Source: Macrostomum hystrix
Taxonomy: Eukaryota; Animalia; Platyhelminthes
Direction of reading: 5' to 3'
Length of the DNA stretch: 64,000 nucleotides
Assembly: GCA_950097015.1 (NCBI GenBank)
Contig: CATNEN010000009.1
Location: forward strand, 620,001-684,000
This document shows positions 48,101-57,572 of this stretch, in pieces. The notes under the pieces were generated by a model. That model was not told where the DNA came from and made no database searches. It saw nothing but the letters and a program-made list of their open reading frames with translations. Positions within the stretch are counted from its first letter, which is position 1. Every line of letters begins with the position of its first letter. Both the position numbers and the translations under genes were made by a program.

Positions 48101-51100
48101 ACGGCGCGCTTCCATTGCCATTGAAGACTCTGCAGTTTCAAACCAGATTTAAAAATGAAAATTGAAGCTCGAACAATGGAGCATATAGAGTTCCTGACTA
48201 CTGAAATAGTAAGGAAGATTGCAGGTAAGACTTCCTCACCGGCCATCCTTGCCGCAAAATCCAATCGAACCCGGCAGCATCCCGGGCTGGGACATGACGG
48301 GGTAGCCAGCTGGCACGGCACCAATGAAAATCTTTCCCTTGGTTCCCTTGCTCACAACGCCTGCAAGTCAGCAGATGGTTATTCAAATTTTGGTCTCTCT
48401 GCACAGAAAGACAATCTCCAAGCAGCATGAGCTACTCACAAATCTCAAACGAGTCATTTCGCTTAGTGAGGCTTCGCTCGCCAATCAGACTTCCAACTGG
48501 CAGAGAGACCTTAGAGACTACGGACTCTGTCCACTCCTTCTGCGTGTTGAATGAGTAGATGGCGAGCCCGGTTGTCTGCCAGACGGTGCAGAATGACTGC
48601 AAGGCGAAGCTGTAGCGCTGGCTGTTCGCACTGCTGCTCAGGACGTCATCGATAGGCTGAAACACGAATTTTATGCGATGCATGGAAACCATTGATTTTT
48701 TAACGCTTTGCTTGTTCGATAATACGAGCTAATATTGCCGAAAAAAAATAATTAGAAAGGGCGAATTAAGCGAAATCCCGAGCCTCACACTTAGAGCCGA
48801 CAGTCTGAAGCTGATGTCGATCGGCCGCTGTGCCATCGCAGGGAAGACCTCAGTTGAGAACACCGGCTCTGAGAATTTTTTCAACGTTGCTGAAGCCTCT
48901 GTAACCAATCACAGAAAAAGTAATTTTAATTCTCACCTGTTTGACTTTCCGATAGATTTGGATAAATTTCCAGGTATCCCTCGGCATGCTGCCTGAAACG
49001 CAAATTGGGCATAAATATCACAGGCAGACAGCCAGCAGTCGAATCAGCCATTTTATAATTCACTGCGACCACCACTCACTCCCAGAGTAAGACCTTCAGC
49101 TTCGGCTGGCTAGATTCCAGGGGAGCCACACTGAAGGTCACCTCCGGTGTCAATGCGGACTGCAGCCGGGCGCTGGGGCAGAGCCGCACGCAGCGGCTGC
49201 TGTCGCCGATGTCGCCGTCGTCAATGTAGCCGGGCAACGCGCAGTTGGGCCGCACGGCGCTGGCCACCGCCCAGAGGCGGGAGGCGCAACGGAAGCAGAT
49301 GCCGCAGGAGTCACAACTGGCCCCGGCTAGAGAGCCGCACAGGCAGCGACCTGGAGCGCCGGAATCGATCCTGTTGAAGCTGCACTGCACGCCGCTAGCT
49401 GAGCAGCTGCCGCACAGAGAGCATACCGACTGTTGCTGCTCCGCACTCACCTGCTGCGATTCCCACGAATGCTCGCTGTGTACGGAGTCGTTCTCTGAGA
49501 TGCGTTTCATGCGATGAGAATTCGTTTAATGTGCGCTCGTATTGCGTACCCCATTCTTCTCTGCCATTCTCTTGGGTGTGAGTGGCAGAGCAGTCTAACG
49601 CGCTTGCTTCTGGCACCAAGGTCCCGGTGTTCGATTCTGTGGCGAGGTCACATTTATTTAGGTCGCAGTCGCTAAGAAAATGCTGGGCGCGATTTACGCC
49701 CGTGAGGGCCAACTCACAAGGCACAGTGCCTAACGATGAAAAATTCTGGGCATATTACACCTATCCTGGGATTCTACTATCACCAAAAGATTGGGTCATT
49801 GCCCACAGTCCTGCTAAAAACTTTTTTATTTACCTCATTCTTGATAAGTTTGCAGTCAACCGACTTCCGTGTCGTTTATTCTTGACTTTAAAATTACTAA
49901 ACTAATTTTCCTTTACAGTCATTTGAGAACCTAGCATGCAAGCTAGAAGCTTCCCTGATCCCAGAGCTAACCAAGCCAGACCCTCACCGGGTTCACCCTC
50001 CGAGGCCCCAGTTTCCACAATGACGCCATGCCTCATCATGAGGCAATCCACGCAGTCTGTGAACAGGTGCAGAGCCGACCATAATAGTCGCCGAGTGGCT
50101 TCAGCCGCGCTGGTCTTGGCACCGGGATCCACAGGCCTGTAGGCAGTGAGCCGGAGACACCGGCTCTCATCGTCAAAGTGTACGCACACCTCAGCGCCCC
50201 AAAGGCTCCGGACGAAGCCGCGGGCAGATAGGCAGCAGAGAGACCCGAGGTGAGACGTCAGCGAGCTGAGGGCCGGGAGAATTCGGTCCGCGCTCAGGTT
50301 AATGCCGCGGTACCAGCGGTGGGCAGCCTCGAGGCCCAGGTCGGACGCGTCCTTGTCGGACCTCACGGGCCAGTCCAGCTGCCGGGCACTGGCACAGAAC
50401 ATGTTCGTGTAGAGCAGCTTGTCGTCGCTTGGCGACTCGCGAATAGGAATCACCTCGAGCAGCGCACCAGAGTCTTTGAAAATGCTGATGATATGGTCCA
50501 TCTGAAAGGAGTTCATGACGAATTGCACATGGGTCTCTTGAACCTGGAATATGTGTCAATGATTCAGGTGGCCCACCTCTTGCACCGACAGCCCCGCTTG
50601 CTGCAGTGACTTGTCCAGCTCTAGTTGGCTCCACACTCCCGCTTCGGGGCTCAGTCCGGGCAGCAACGGCCCAGCAACCAGCGGTGGCTCGAAGGGAAGC
50701 GACTCCAGTAGGGCAAAGAACCAGGTCGGGTCGGTCACGACGATGTGGAGGCGCTTGAGAAATATGATGATACCCTGAAAAGTGTTTTTGCACGAACGAA
50801 GTTAGTTAAACGATAGGAAAAATAGGCTCTATTATAAATCAGTCATTCAGTTCACGGCAAGGAACTCCATTAGGGTTTTTATTAGCAGTCCGCATAGATG
50901 CTCACTCTTTCATGCATCCAGTCCAAGTCGCGAATCAGGAAGGTTCGGTTGATCTCCTTGTCGTCTGCCAGACGGTCAATTGAGATTAGACGGCCGCCAA
51001 ATTCAGCGGTCGCTGCTTTGTGGCAAGCTGAAATGACGGCCTCACAGGTCTCGGCATACGTTGAAGCAATAGGTGACAAAGCGGAAACTGCAGCTGCGGC

Positions 51101-54100
51101 GGTCTCAGTCAGTGACTGTTGAAGTTCTCGGAGTCCGCCGCTGTCGCCTTCAACCTCGGCATCGAACACGTTGAGTTCGCTGTCGAACCGACTCTCTAAG
51201 AAGCGCCGAAGTCGTTCCGCAGCAGCTAGCGATTCCGCGGCGCGCCGCTCCGTGTTCAAAATTGGTAGTGATGCAGTCTCTGACAACATCTTCTTTGATG
51301 CCGCTGACGCTGCGGCTTCCAACAAAGCGACATTTGCCGCCAGAGCCTCCTTAACAGCTGTGCGCAGCCGCTCAGCTCCTCCCCGTTGTCGGTCGATTTT
51401 GCGGCAAAGAACCCGAAACTTTGTCTGATGCAGGAAGTCGCCTTCCTTCACCGCTTCCTCAAACTTCTCCACTTTGGCCGGGCCGGTTTTCAGCATTTTC
51501 GATGGCACTTGTGAAGCCGCCTCTATCGGGCAAAATCCCATTGTCTCAGTCACATTGTCGGCTGACCAGGAAACAAAGCCATGCGTAAGCTCCGACGAAT
51601 TTTCGCTGAACAGGGCACTTCTGCTGACTTGAACTTGCTTGACCAACCTTCCTTCTATGAAGATGCTAACCATGCAGACATTGCGAGAGTCTGACGCATC
51701 GGCGGCCACCTCCAGTGTGAGCTGGAATTCGCTGGCCTCCGGCACGGGAACATTTTCAGAGGCCTTTGGTTCCTTGCTGTTCGGTGGCGTGTGGATGCAA
51801 AGCACCCTGTCGAAGGCAGAGTTTCTGGAATGGAATTAATACGTTTGTATATTTATCATCAAGATTGCCTCAATTACAAAAGAATTAGGACAGCTTACAG
51901 GTCTTTTGAAGCATTTTTTTGGAAAGACAGCACAAGTCCAGCCGAGTGGTCGAATAATTCCTGCAGCCTGGCGAGCTGCGGCGCCTTGAGCAACTCCGCA
52001 GAAATTTTCCCAATTCCCATCGAAAACGGAGTGGAGCTCAAGATTTGCACGGAGAAGCTGCACGGCAACTGCGAGTTTGGAAACTTCAGGTCTCGCTTGC
52101 TCAGAAAAGCCCCGCTTCGACTGAGCAGCGGGAGTCTAGAAAGTATAGAAAGTAGGTTTGATCGTCTACGAGCGTATAAAGTGCTCAGTGGATTTTCCAC
52201 GGCAAAAATGTGAGCATGTCTGAACTCAAGTGATCGAGCGGATAGGTCATTTTGAAATTCCGTCAGAATGAATGATGCTTTGAAGTGAAATTATCCCAAA
52301 CATAGGTTAAGTTTTCATAAGGATCACTAGGATGTCCGTATTAGTAGTTCTAGTCTAGTATTCATGAGGACCACTAGGATGCCCGTATTAGTAGTTCTAG
52401 TCTAGTATTCATGAGGACCACTAGGATGCCCGTATTAGTAGTTCTAGTCTAGTATTCATGAGGATCACTAGGATGTCCGTATTAGTAGTTCTAGTCTAGT
52501 ATTCATGAGGACCACTAGGATGTCCGTATTAGTAGTTCTAGTCTAGTATTCATGAGGATCACTAGGATGTCCATATTAGTAGTTCTAGTCTAGTATTCAT
52601 GAGGACCACTAGGATGCCCGTATTAGTAGTTCTAGTCTAGTATTCATGAGGACCACTAGGATGCCCGTATTAGTAGTTCTAGTCTAGTATTCATGAGGAC
52701 CACTGGGATGTCCGTATTAGTAGTTCTAGTCTAGTATTCATGAGGACCACTGGGATCTTTGAATTAGTAGTTCTTGTCAAGCCTCTCTTAAGCTTCAGTT
52801 CAAACTTCCCGGCAAAATCAATGAAAATTTCAGAGATCAGTGAGCATGAGCACTTACACCCATCCCTGCTCGACTCGGGCTCCTATGCAAAGGCCAGCAT
52901 CCGTGAGCTCCAGCAGCGTTGGCTCCTGGACGAGCTCTTCCTGGTCCTGGTACTCCGTCTGCAAAGCCTCCATATCCATCTGCGCCTCCTCAAGCATGCC
53001 CGACTTCTTCTTCGCCTTGGCTTTCGTGGGCGCTTTCTTCAGCATAGTCTTCGACTTCTGAGGAGCCGCCTTCAGCTGGATAAGCGCTGCTCGGCTGACC
53101 ACCGGCATCGGACGGGCGACCGGCTTCAGAGCCTGCTTCGTGATCTTCCTTCGCAGCAAAGGATTTTCCTGTGCGGTTATTTGTAGCATGAAACGGTGTA
53201 TACAATACACTTTATAGCTGGTGGCTTCAATCTAGAATGTACTGATTAAAACAATGGAGACTGACCCGAGCCACAAAGTTGGTTAGACAGGCCGTCACGT
53301 GAGCCACTGCGCTATCGAAATCGTTCTCAACGGCAATCACAACCTGGTCCGGCTGGCTAGTGAAGTACTGAATGTTGTAAGCCTGTGTAATTGGTTTCCA
53401 TTTTGTGATTCATGTAGTATGTCTTTTCTTAAAAAAGCGTACTGATAACAGGCTAGATTAGCAATACTAGTAGTGAATTTAGTAATAGGGTCTGTGGGCA
53501 CAGGCTAGATTAGCAATAGTAGTAGTGAATTTAGTAATAGGGTCTGTGGGCACAGGCTAGATTAGCAATAGTAGTAGTGAATTTAGTAATAGGGTCTGTG
53601 GGCACAGGCTAGATTAGCAATAGTAGTAGTGAATTTAGTAATAGGGTCTGTGGGCACAGGCTAGATTAGCAATAGTAGTAGTGAATTTAGTAATAGGGGC
53701 TGTGGGCACAGGCTAGATTAGCAATGGTAGTAGTGAATTTAGTAATAGGGTCTGTGGGCACAGGCTAGATTAGCAATAGTAGTAGTGAATTTAGTAATAG
53801 GGGCTGTGGGCACAGGCTAGATTAGCAATAGTAGTAGTGAATTTAGTAATAGGGGCTGTGGGCACAGGCTAGATTAGCAATAGTAGTAGTGAATTTAGTA
53901 ATAGGGTCTGTGGGCACAAGCTAGATTAGCAATAGTAGTAGTGAATTTAGTAATAGGGGCTGTGGGCACAGGCTAGATTAGCAATAGTAGTAGTGAATTT
54001 AGTAATAGGGTCTGTGGGCACAAGCTAGATTAGCAATAGTAGTAGTGAATTTAGTAATAGGAGCTGTGGGCACAGGCTAGATTAGCAATGGTAGTAGTGA

Positions 54101-57100
54101 ATTTAGTAATAGGGTCTGTGGGCACAGGCTAGATTAGCAATGGTAGTAGTGAATTTAGTAATAGGGTCTGTGGGCACAGGCTAGATTAGCAATGGTAGTA
54201 GTGAATTTAGTAATAGGGGCTGTGGGCACAGGCTAGATTAGCAATAGTAGTAGTGAATTTAGTAATAGGGTCTGTGGGCACAGGCTAGATTAGCAATAGT
54301 AGTAGTGAATTTAGTAATAGGGGCTGTGGGCACAGGCTAGATTAGCAATAGTAGTAGTGAATTTAGTAATAGGGTCTGTGGGCACAGGCTAGATTAGCAA
54401 TAGTAGTAGTGAATTTAGTAATAGGAGCTGTGGGCACAGGCTAGATTAGCAATGGTAGTAGTGAATTTAGTAATAGGGTCTGTGGGCACAGGCTAGATTA
54501 GCAATGGTAGTAGTGAATTTAGTAATAGGGTCTGTGGGCACAGGCTAGATTAGCAATGGTAGTAGTGAATTTAGTAATAGGGGCTGTGGGCACAGGCTAG
54601 ATTAGCAATGGTAGTAGTGAATTTAGTAATAGGGTCTGTGGGCACAGGCTAGATTAGCAATAGTAGTAGTGAATTTAGTAATAGGGGCTGTGGGCACAGG
54701 CTAGATTAGCAATGGTAGTAGTGAATTTAGTAATAGGGTCTGTGGGCACAGGCTAGATTAGCAATAGTAGTAGTGAATTTAGTAATAGGGGCTGTGGGCA
54801 CAGGCTAGATTAGCAATGGTAGTAGTGAATTTAGTAATAGGGTCTGTGGGCACAGGCTAGATTAGCAATAGTAGTAGTGAATTTAGTAATAGGGGCTGTG
54901 GGCACAGGCTAGATTAGCAATAGTAGTAGTGAATTTAGTAATAGGGGCTGTGGGCACAGGCTAGATTAGCAATAGTAGTAGTGAATTTAGTAATAGGGGC
55001 TGTGGGCACAGGCTAGATTAGCAATAGTAGTAGTGAATTTAGTAATAGGGGCTGTGGGCACAGGCTAGATTAGCAATGGTAGTAGTGAATTTAGTAATAG
55101 GGTCTGTGGGCACAGGCTAGATTAGCAATAGTAGTAGTGAATTTAGTAATAGGGGCTGTGGGCACAGGCTAGATTAGCAATAGTAGTAGTGAATTTAGTA
55201 ATAGGGTCTGTGGGCACAGGCTAGACTAGCAATAGTAGTAGTGAATTTAGTAATAGGGTCTGTGGGCACAGGCTAGATTAGCAATGGTAGTAGTGAATTT
55301 AGTAATAGGGTCTGTGGGCACAGGCTAGATTAGCAATAGTAGTAGTGAATTTAGTAATAGGGGCTGTGGGCACAAGCTAGATTAGCAATAGTAGTAGTGA
55401 ATTTAGTAATAGGGGCTGTGGGCACAGGCTAGATTAGCAATGGTAGTAGTGAATTTAGTAATAGGGTCTGTGGGCACAGGCTAGATTAGCAATGGTAGTA
55501 GTGAATTTAGTAATAGGGTCTGTGGGCACAGGCTAGATTAGCAATAGTAGTAGTGAATTTAGTAATAGGGGCTGTGGGCACAAGCTAGATTAGCAATAGT
55601 AGTAGTGAATTTAGTAATAGGGGCTGTGGGCACAGGCTAGATTAGCAATGGTAGTAGTGAATTTAGTAATAGGGTCTGTGGGCACAGGCTAGATTAGCAA
55701 TAGTAGTAGTGAATTTAGTAATAGGGGCTGTGGGCACAGGCTAGATTAGCAATGGTAGTAGTGAATTTAGTAATAGGGTCTGTGGGCACAGGCTAGATTA
55801 GCAATAGTAGTAGTGAATTTAGTAATAGGGGCTGTGGGGGCACCGACTCAAAAATTGCAACACTCAGCATACAGCCATGCAGTGAGTAGGCGATTTCGCG
55901 TGCACATTACGCTGAAGCTTGAGCTCACGGATACGAGAAGCAGGCCCTGACTTAATAGGATACAAAATGGGATAAAAGCACTTACAGGCAAGCAGAGTTC
56001 AACAGCAGTGACTTTTGTCTGTCCGGCAGCTTCCAGGAACTGCGAGTCAGCTACCGTACCCCTCACAGCGGGTCTGAGACGGCCTTCTTTCACAGTCCGC
56101 AGCGGGCTGTACTGCAGCTCCGGGCTCGTCAGGAAGAGCAAGCTGGACACGGCTAGAACAGCGGGAGTGCTTGCTGGCTTCGATGGGTTTGAAGTGGACA
56201 GGAGGAGGTCACTCCGAACAGAGGAGCTCGGGCCAAATATGTTGAGCGGCAGAGTGACCGAGTTGAAAGTGAGTCCGGGGCACTGCCGAATGTCCAGGTC
56301 TAATTCCAGAGACTGAAGCGGTGGCATGGCTCAATGGTACTCTGCTGGAACTCTGCTGGGAATTTCAAAACAAAAGGCTTGACTTTGCTGGCATTACCTT
56401 GGCCCGAATGGCATCACCGGCTGCCAGGGTTTCACAGAGCCAGCGAATTCCAGTGTCAGTGATGTGGCTCTCGCCTCTAAATGACAGGCGAAAGCGCTTG
56501 GCATCCGATTTGCTCGCCTGGATTGGATGGGAAATAGCGATAGCGACTTTCGTGAAAACTGATAGAGAGAAATCAAGTCTCTTGGATTACTGGCAAAATC
56601 AGCTTACCAGAGTGCTGGACAGGGACCTCAGGGTAAGGTCTGTCATTAGGCTGGACCAAACAGATATTTTTTCTTTCCCTTCACCACGGCCATCTGAGCT
56701 AAAGTATACTGTCGAGCCTTTGACTTCGAGATTGCTGAAGGTGCCCTGAAATAGCAGAAAATCATAACTGCTGCCTGATTCGACCACAAGACAAAGCAAT
56801 GCTTCGTAATCAATGCATAGCACACAAATTCTTACCTCAAGCAAGCTTTCTTTCAGTAGATGGCGCTCATACACATCAACCACAGTTTCTTCTTTAGTGG
56901 CCCTTCGAAGGGTCACAGGAGATGTGTCTCGCGACTCGTAAGTCGGTGAATTCACAGATGCGGATGGCGGGCCCGCCTTCCTGGCAAGCTGCAGATCGCC
57001 GCTGCCGAAGAGTTCGTCCTCATCGTCTCCAAAAAGGTTGCCGTAATTTTCGTTCGCTGTGGGAGACGACACGCTGTACGCCGGACTCGAAGCTCTTTTT

Positions 57101-57303
57101 TCAGTTCTGAGCCGTGTCGATGAGTAGTCTGCACTATCAAAAGGTCTTGAAGCCTTGCGATTCGGGAGAACGTTTGGTAACTGCGGTAAAGCTTTTTGTG
57201 GCAACTGCGGTGGTGGGGCTTGCTTTGACACCTGTTGGAGAGACCTGTTGAAGTCTCTCGAAGGGCCCTTTTTAGATTGAAAAGTGAAGTTTGAATTCTG
57301 CAT
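39184..57303 (-). CDS. Giant kinase-less Roco-family protein (~3,600 aa, ~32 exons): SPRY-like / degenerate ROC-COR / Cys-rich / SPRY repeats / LRR / ROC / COR / TIR / TIR / CaaX
   Basis: Phase-consistent GT-AG exon chain: 57303-56836, 56745-56608, 56558-56418, 56312-55986, 53168-52858, 52135-51899, 51824-50906, 50774-50577, 50543-49988, 49570-49451, 49398-49080, 48992-48937, 48898-48789, 48656-48440, 48360-48240, 48129-47658, 47565-47044, 46965-46749, 46298-45978, 45911-45745, 45658-44519, 44442-44175, 44062-43722, 43640-43553, 43462-43116, 42876-42715, 42625-41958, 41852-41333, 41200-40673, 40557-40525, 40136-39881, 39725-39184 (sum 10,830 nt). The junctions at 56418/56312, 50577/50543 and 49988/49570 are the least certain. 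Confidence 0.75.
40673..42100 (-). other. Tandem TIR (TIR_2-type) domains of the Roco protein
   Basis: TIR1: DVCLLFAPDD...VTKKLEANGLSC...SDCSAVLVFISKYFGSDKACLNSL. TIR2: DVFISYCWANS...PRRLKERLEAEGLRCWLDV...LFEDISSGLGRCPLVLAFVSDEYQHSANCMMEFRFA..LRKPIVTV. Confidence 0.85.
41958..44210 (-). other. ROC GTPase + COR domains
   Basis: G1 RTKLMFVGLGGVGKT (split by an intron), G2 ITDGIDI, G3 WDFAGQ, G4 VGTHAD, G5 VSS. COR motifs: FLNDIGSVQYF, VVINPKWIVDVM, VPCLLP, FDYLPAGLFNR, WKRG, CPEC. Confidence 0.93.
44210..45230 (-). other. Leucine-rich repeats preceding ROC
   Basis: LxxLxLxxN/C-type repeats (LESLTLDRCPISVLPASIGQLDRLTVLHLLQLPIRSLPPEFANLRALQELTI; LKNLRELRLSHH; LKKLRRLTLDHNPLLESL) ending in NPPVEVAMRG. 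Confidence 0.9.
46430..46590 (+). mobile_element. tRNA-derived SINE-like copy (5'-truncated)
   Basis: Shares ggtccctgagctcgaatctgaggcgagg, ggggcttgtcgtgcagtttgcgccattgagggccaac and aaggcacagtg..tgcctgacgatga with the copies at 49575 and 61573. Confidence 0.6.
47044..48898 (-). other. SPRY/B30.2-like domain(s), SPRYD3/RanBPM type
   Basis: The spliced sequence is SFEICVVSKGTKGKIFIGAVPAGYPVMSQPGMLPGSIGFCGKDGRVFNG...GCHVRCQL...RVLFSVD...GGLYPCVAMQSPREAVRL, which follows the SPRY pattern FEV..I.IG...PGW..SIG.H..DG..F..LYP.V. Confidence 0.8.
49574..49760 (+). mobile_element. tRNA-derived SINE-like copy in a Roco intron
   Basis: Head gagtggcagagcagtctaacgcgcttgcttctggcaccaaggtcccggtgttcgattc has Pol III A/B boxes. 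The body (aggtcacatttattt..gagggccaactc..) is shared with 61573-61735. Confidence 0.7.
52313..52774. repeat. 47-bp minisatellite, ~9.5 copies, intronic
   Basis: catgaggaccactaggatgcccgtattagtagttctagtctagtatt recurs with period 47. Confidence 0.95.
53448..55837. repeat. 52-bp satellite, ~46 copies, intronic
   Basis: cacaggctagattagcaatagtagtagtgaatttagtaatagggtctgtggg recurs with period 52 (53499, 53551...). Confidence 0.97.
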
Positions 57304-57496
57304 AGTTTAGGCTTTTTGCCTAGTCGGATGATCTAGTTCGACTTTGGTTCAGTCCCTGAAAAAATCGAAGGTAAAGTCGTATACTTGTGCAATGTGCAAA
57401 CTTGCATTGTAACATCGGAACCATTGCTAGTTTATTTTCGCTAGTGATCATTTTTTTCGTTTATTTTATTTATTTTAAATAATTTTATGGACTAAC

Positions 57497-57572
57497 GGTA
57501 TTGTAGCCTAGCGGTTAGATTGACAGACTCACGACTTTAAGGTCGGAGGTTCTATTCACGACTCCAATGGAA
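57497..57572 (+). mobile_element. Degenerate tRNA-like/SINE head
   Basis: tgtagcctagcggttag (A box) ... ggttctattc (imperfect B box); no intact acceptor stem. Confidence 0.4.

Noticed and set aside
49574-49650. Possible tRNA gene (also 57497-57572 and 61573-61650)
   Set aside because: A/B boxes are present, but acceptor and anticodon stems do not pair and the downstream body is shared among copies, so these are SINE heads.
56331-56355. In-frame TGA if the strong donor at 56398 and acceptor at 56356 were used (selenocysteine/readthrough idea)
   Set aside because: An alternative phase-0 splice (56418>56312) avoids the stop, and I saw no SECIS evidence. It needs cDNA to settle.
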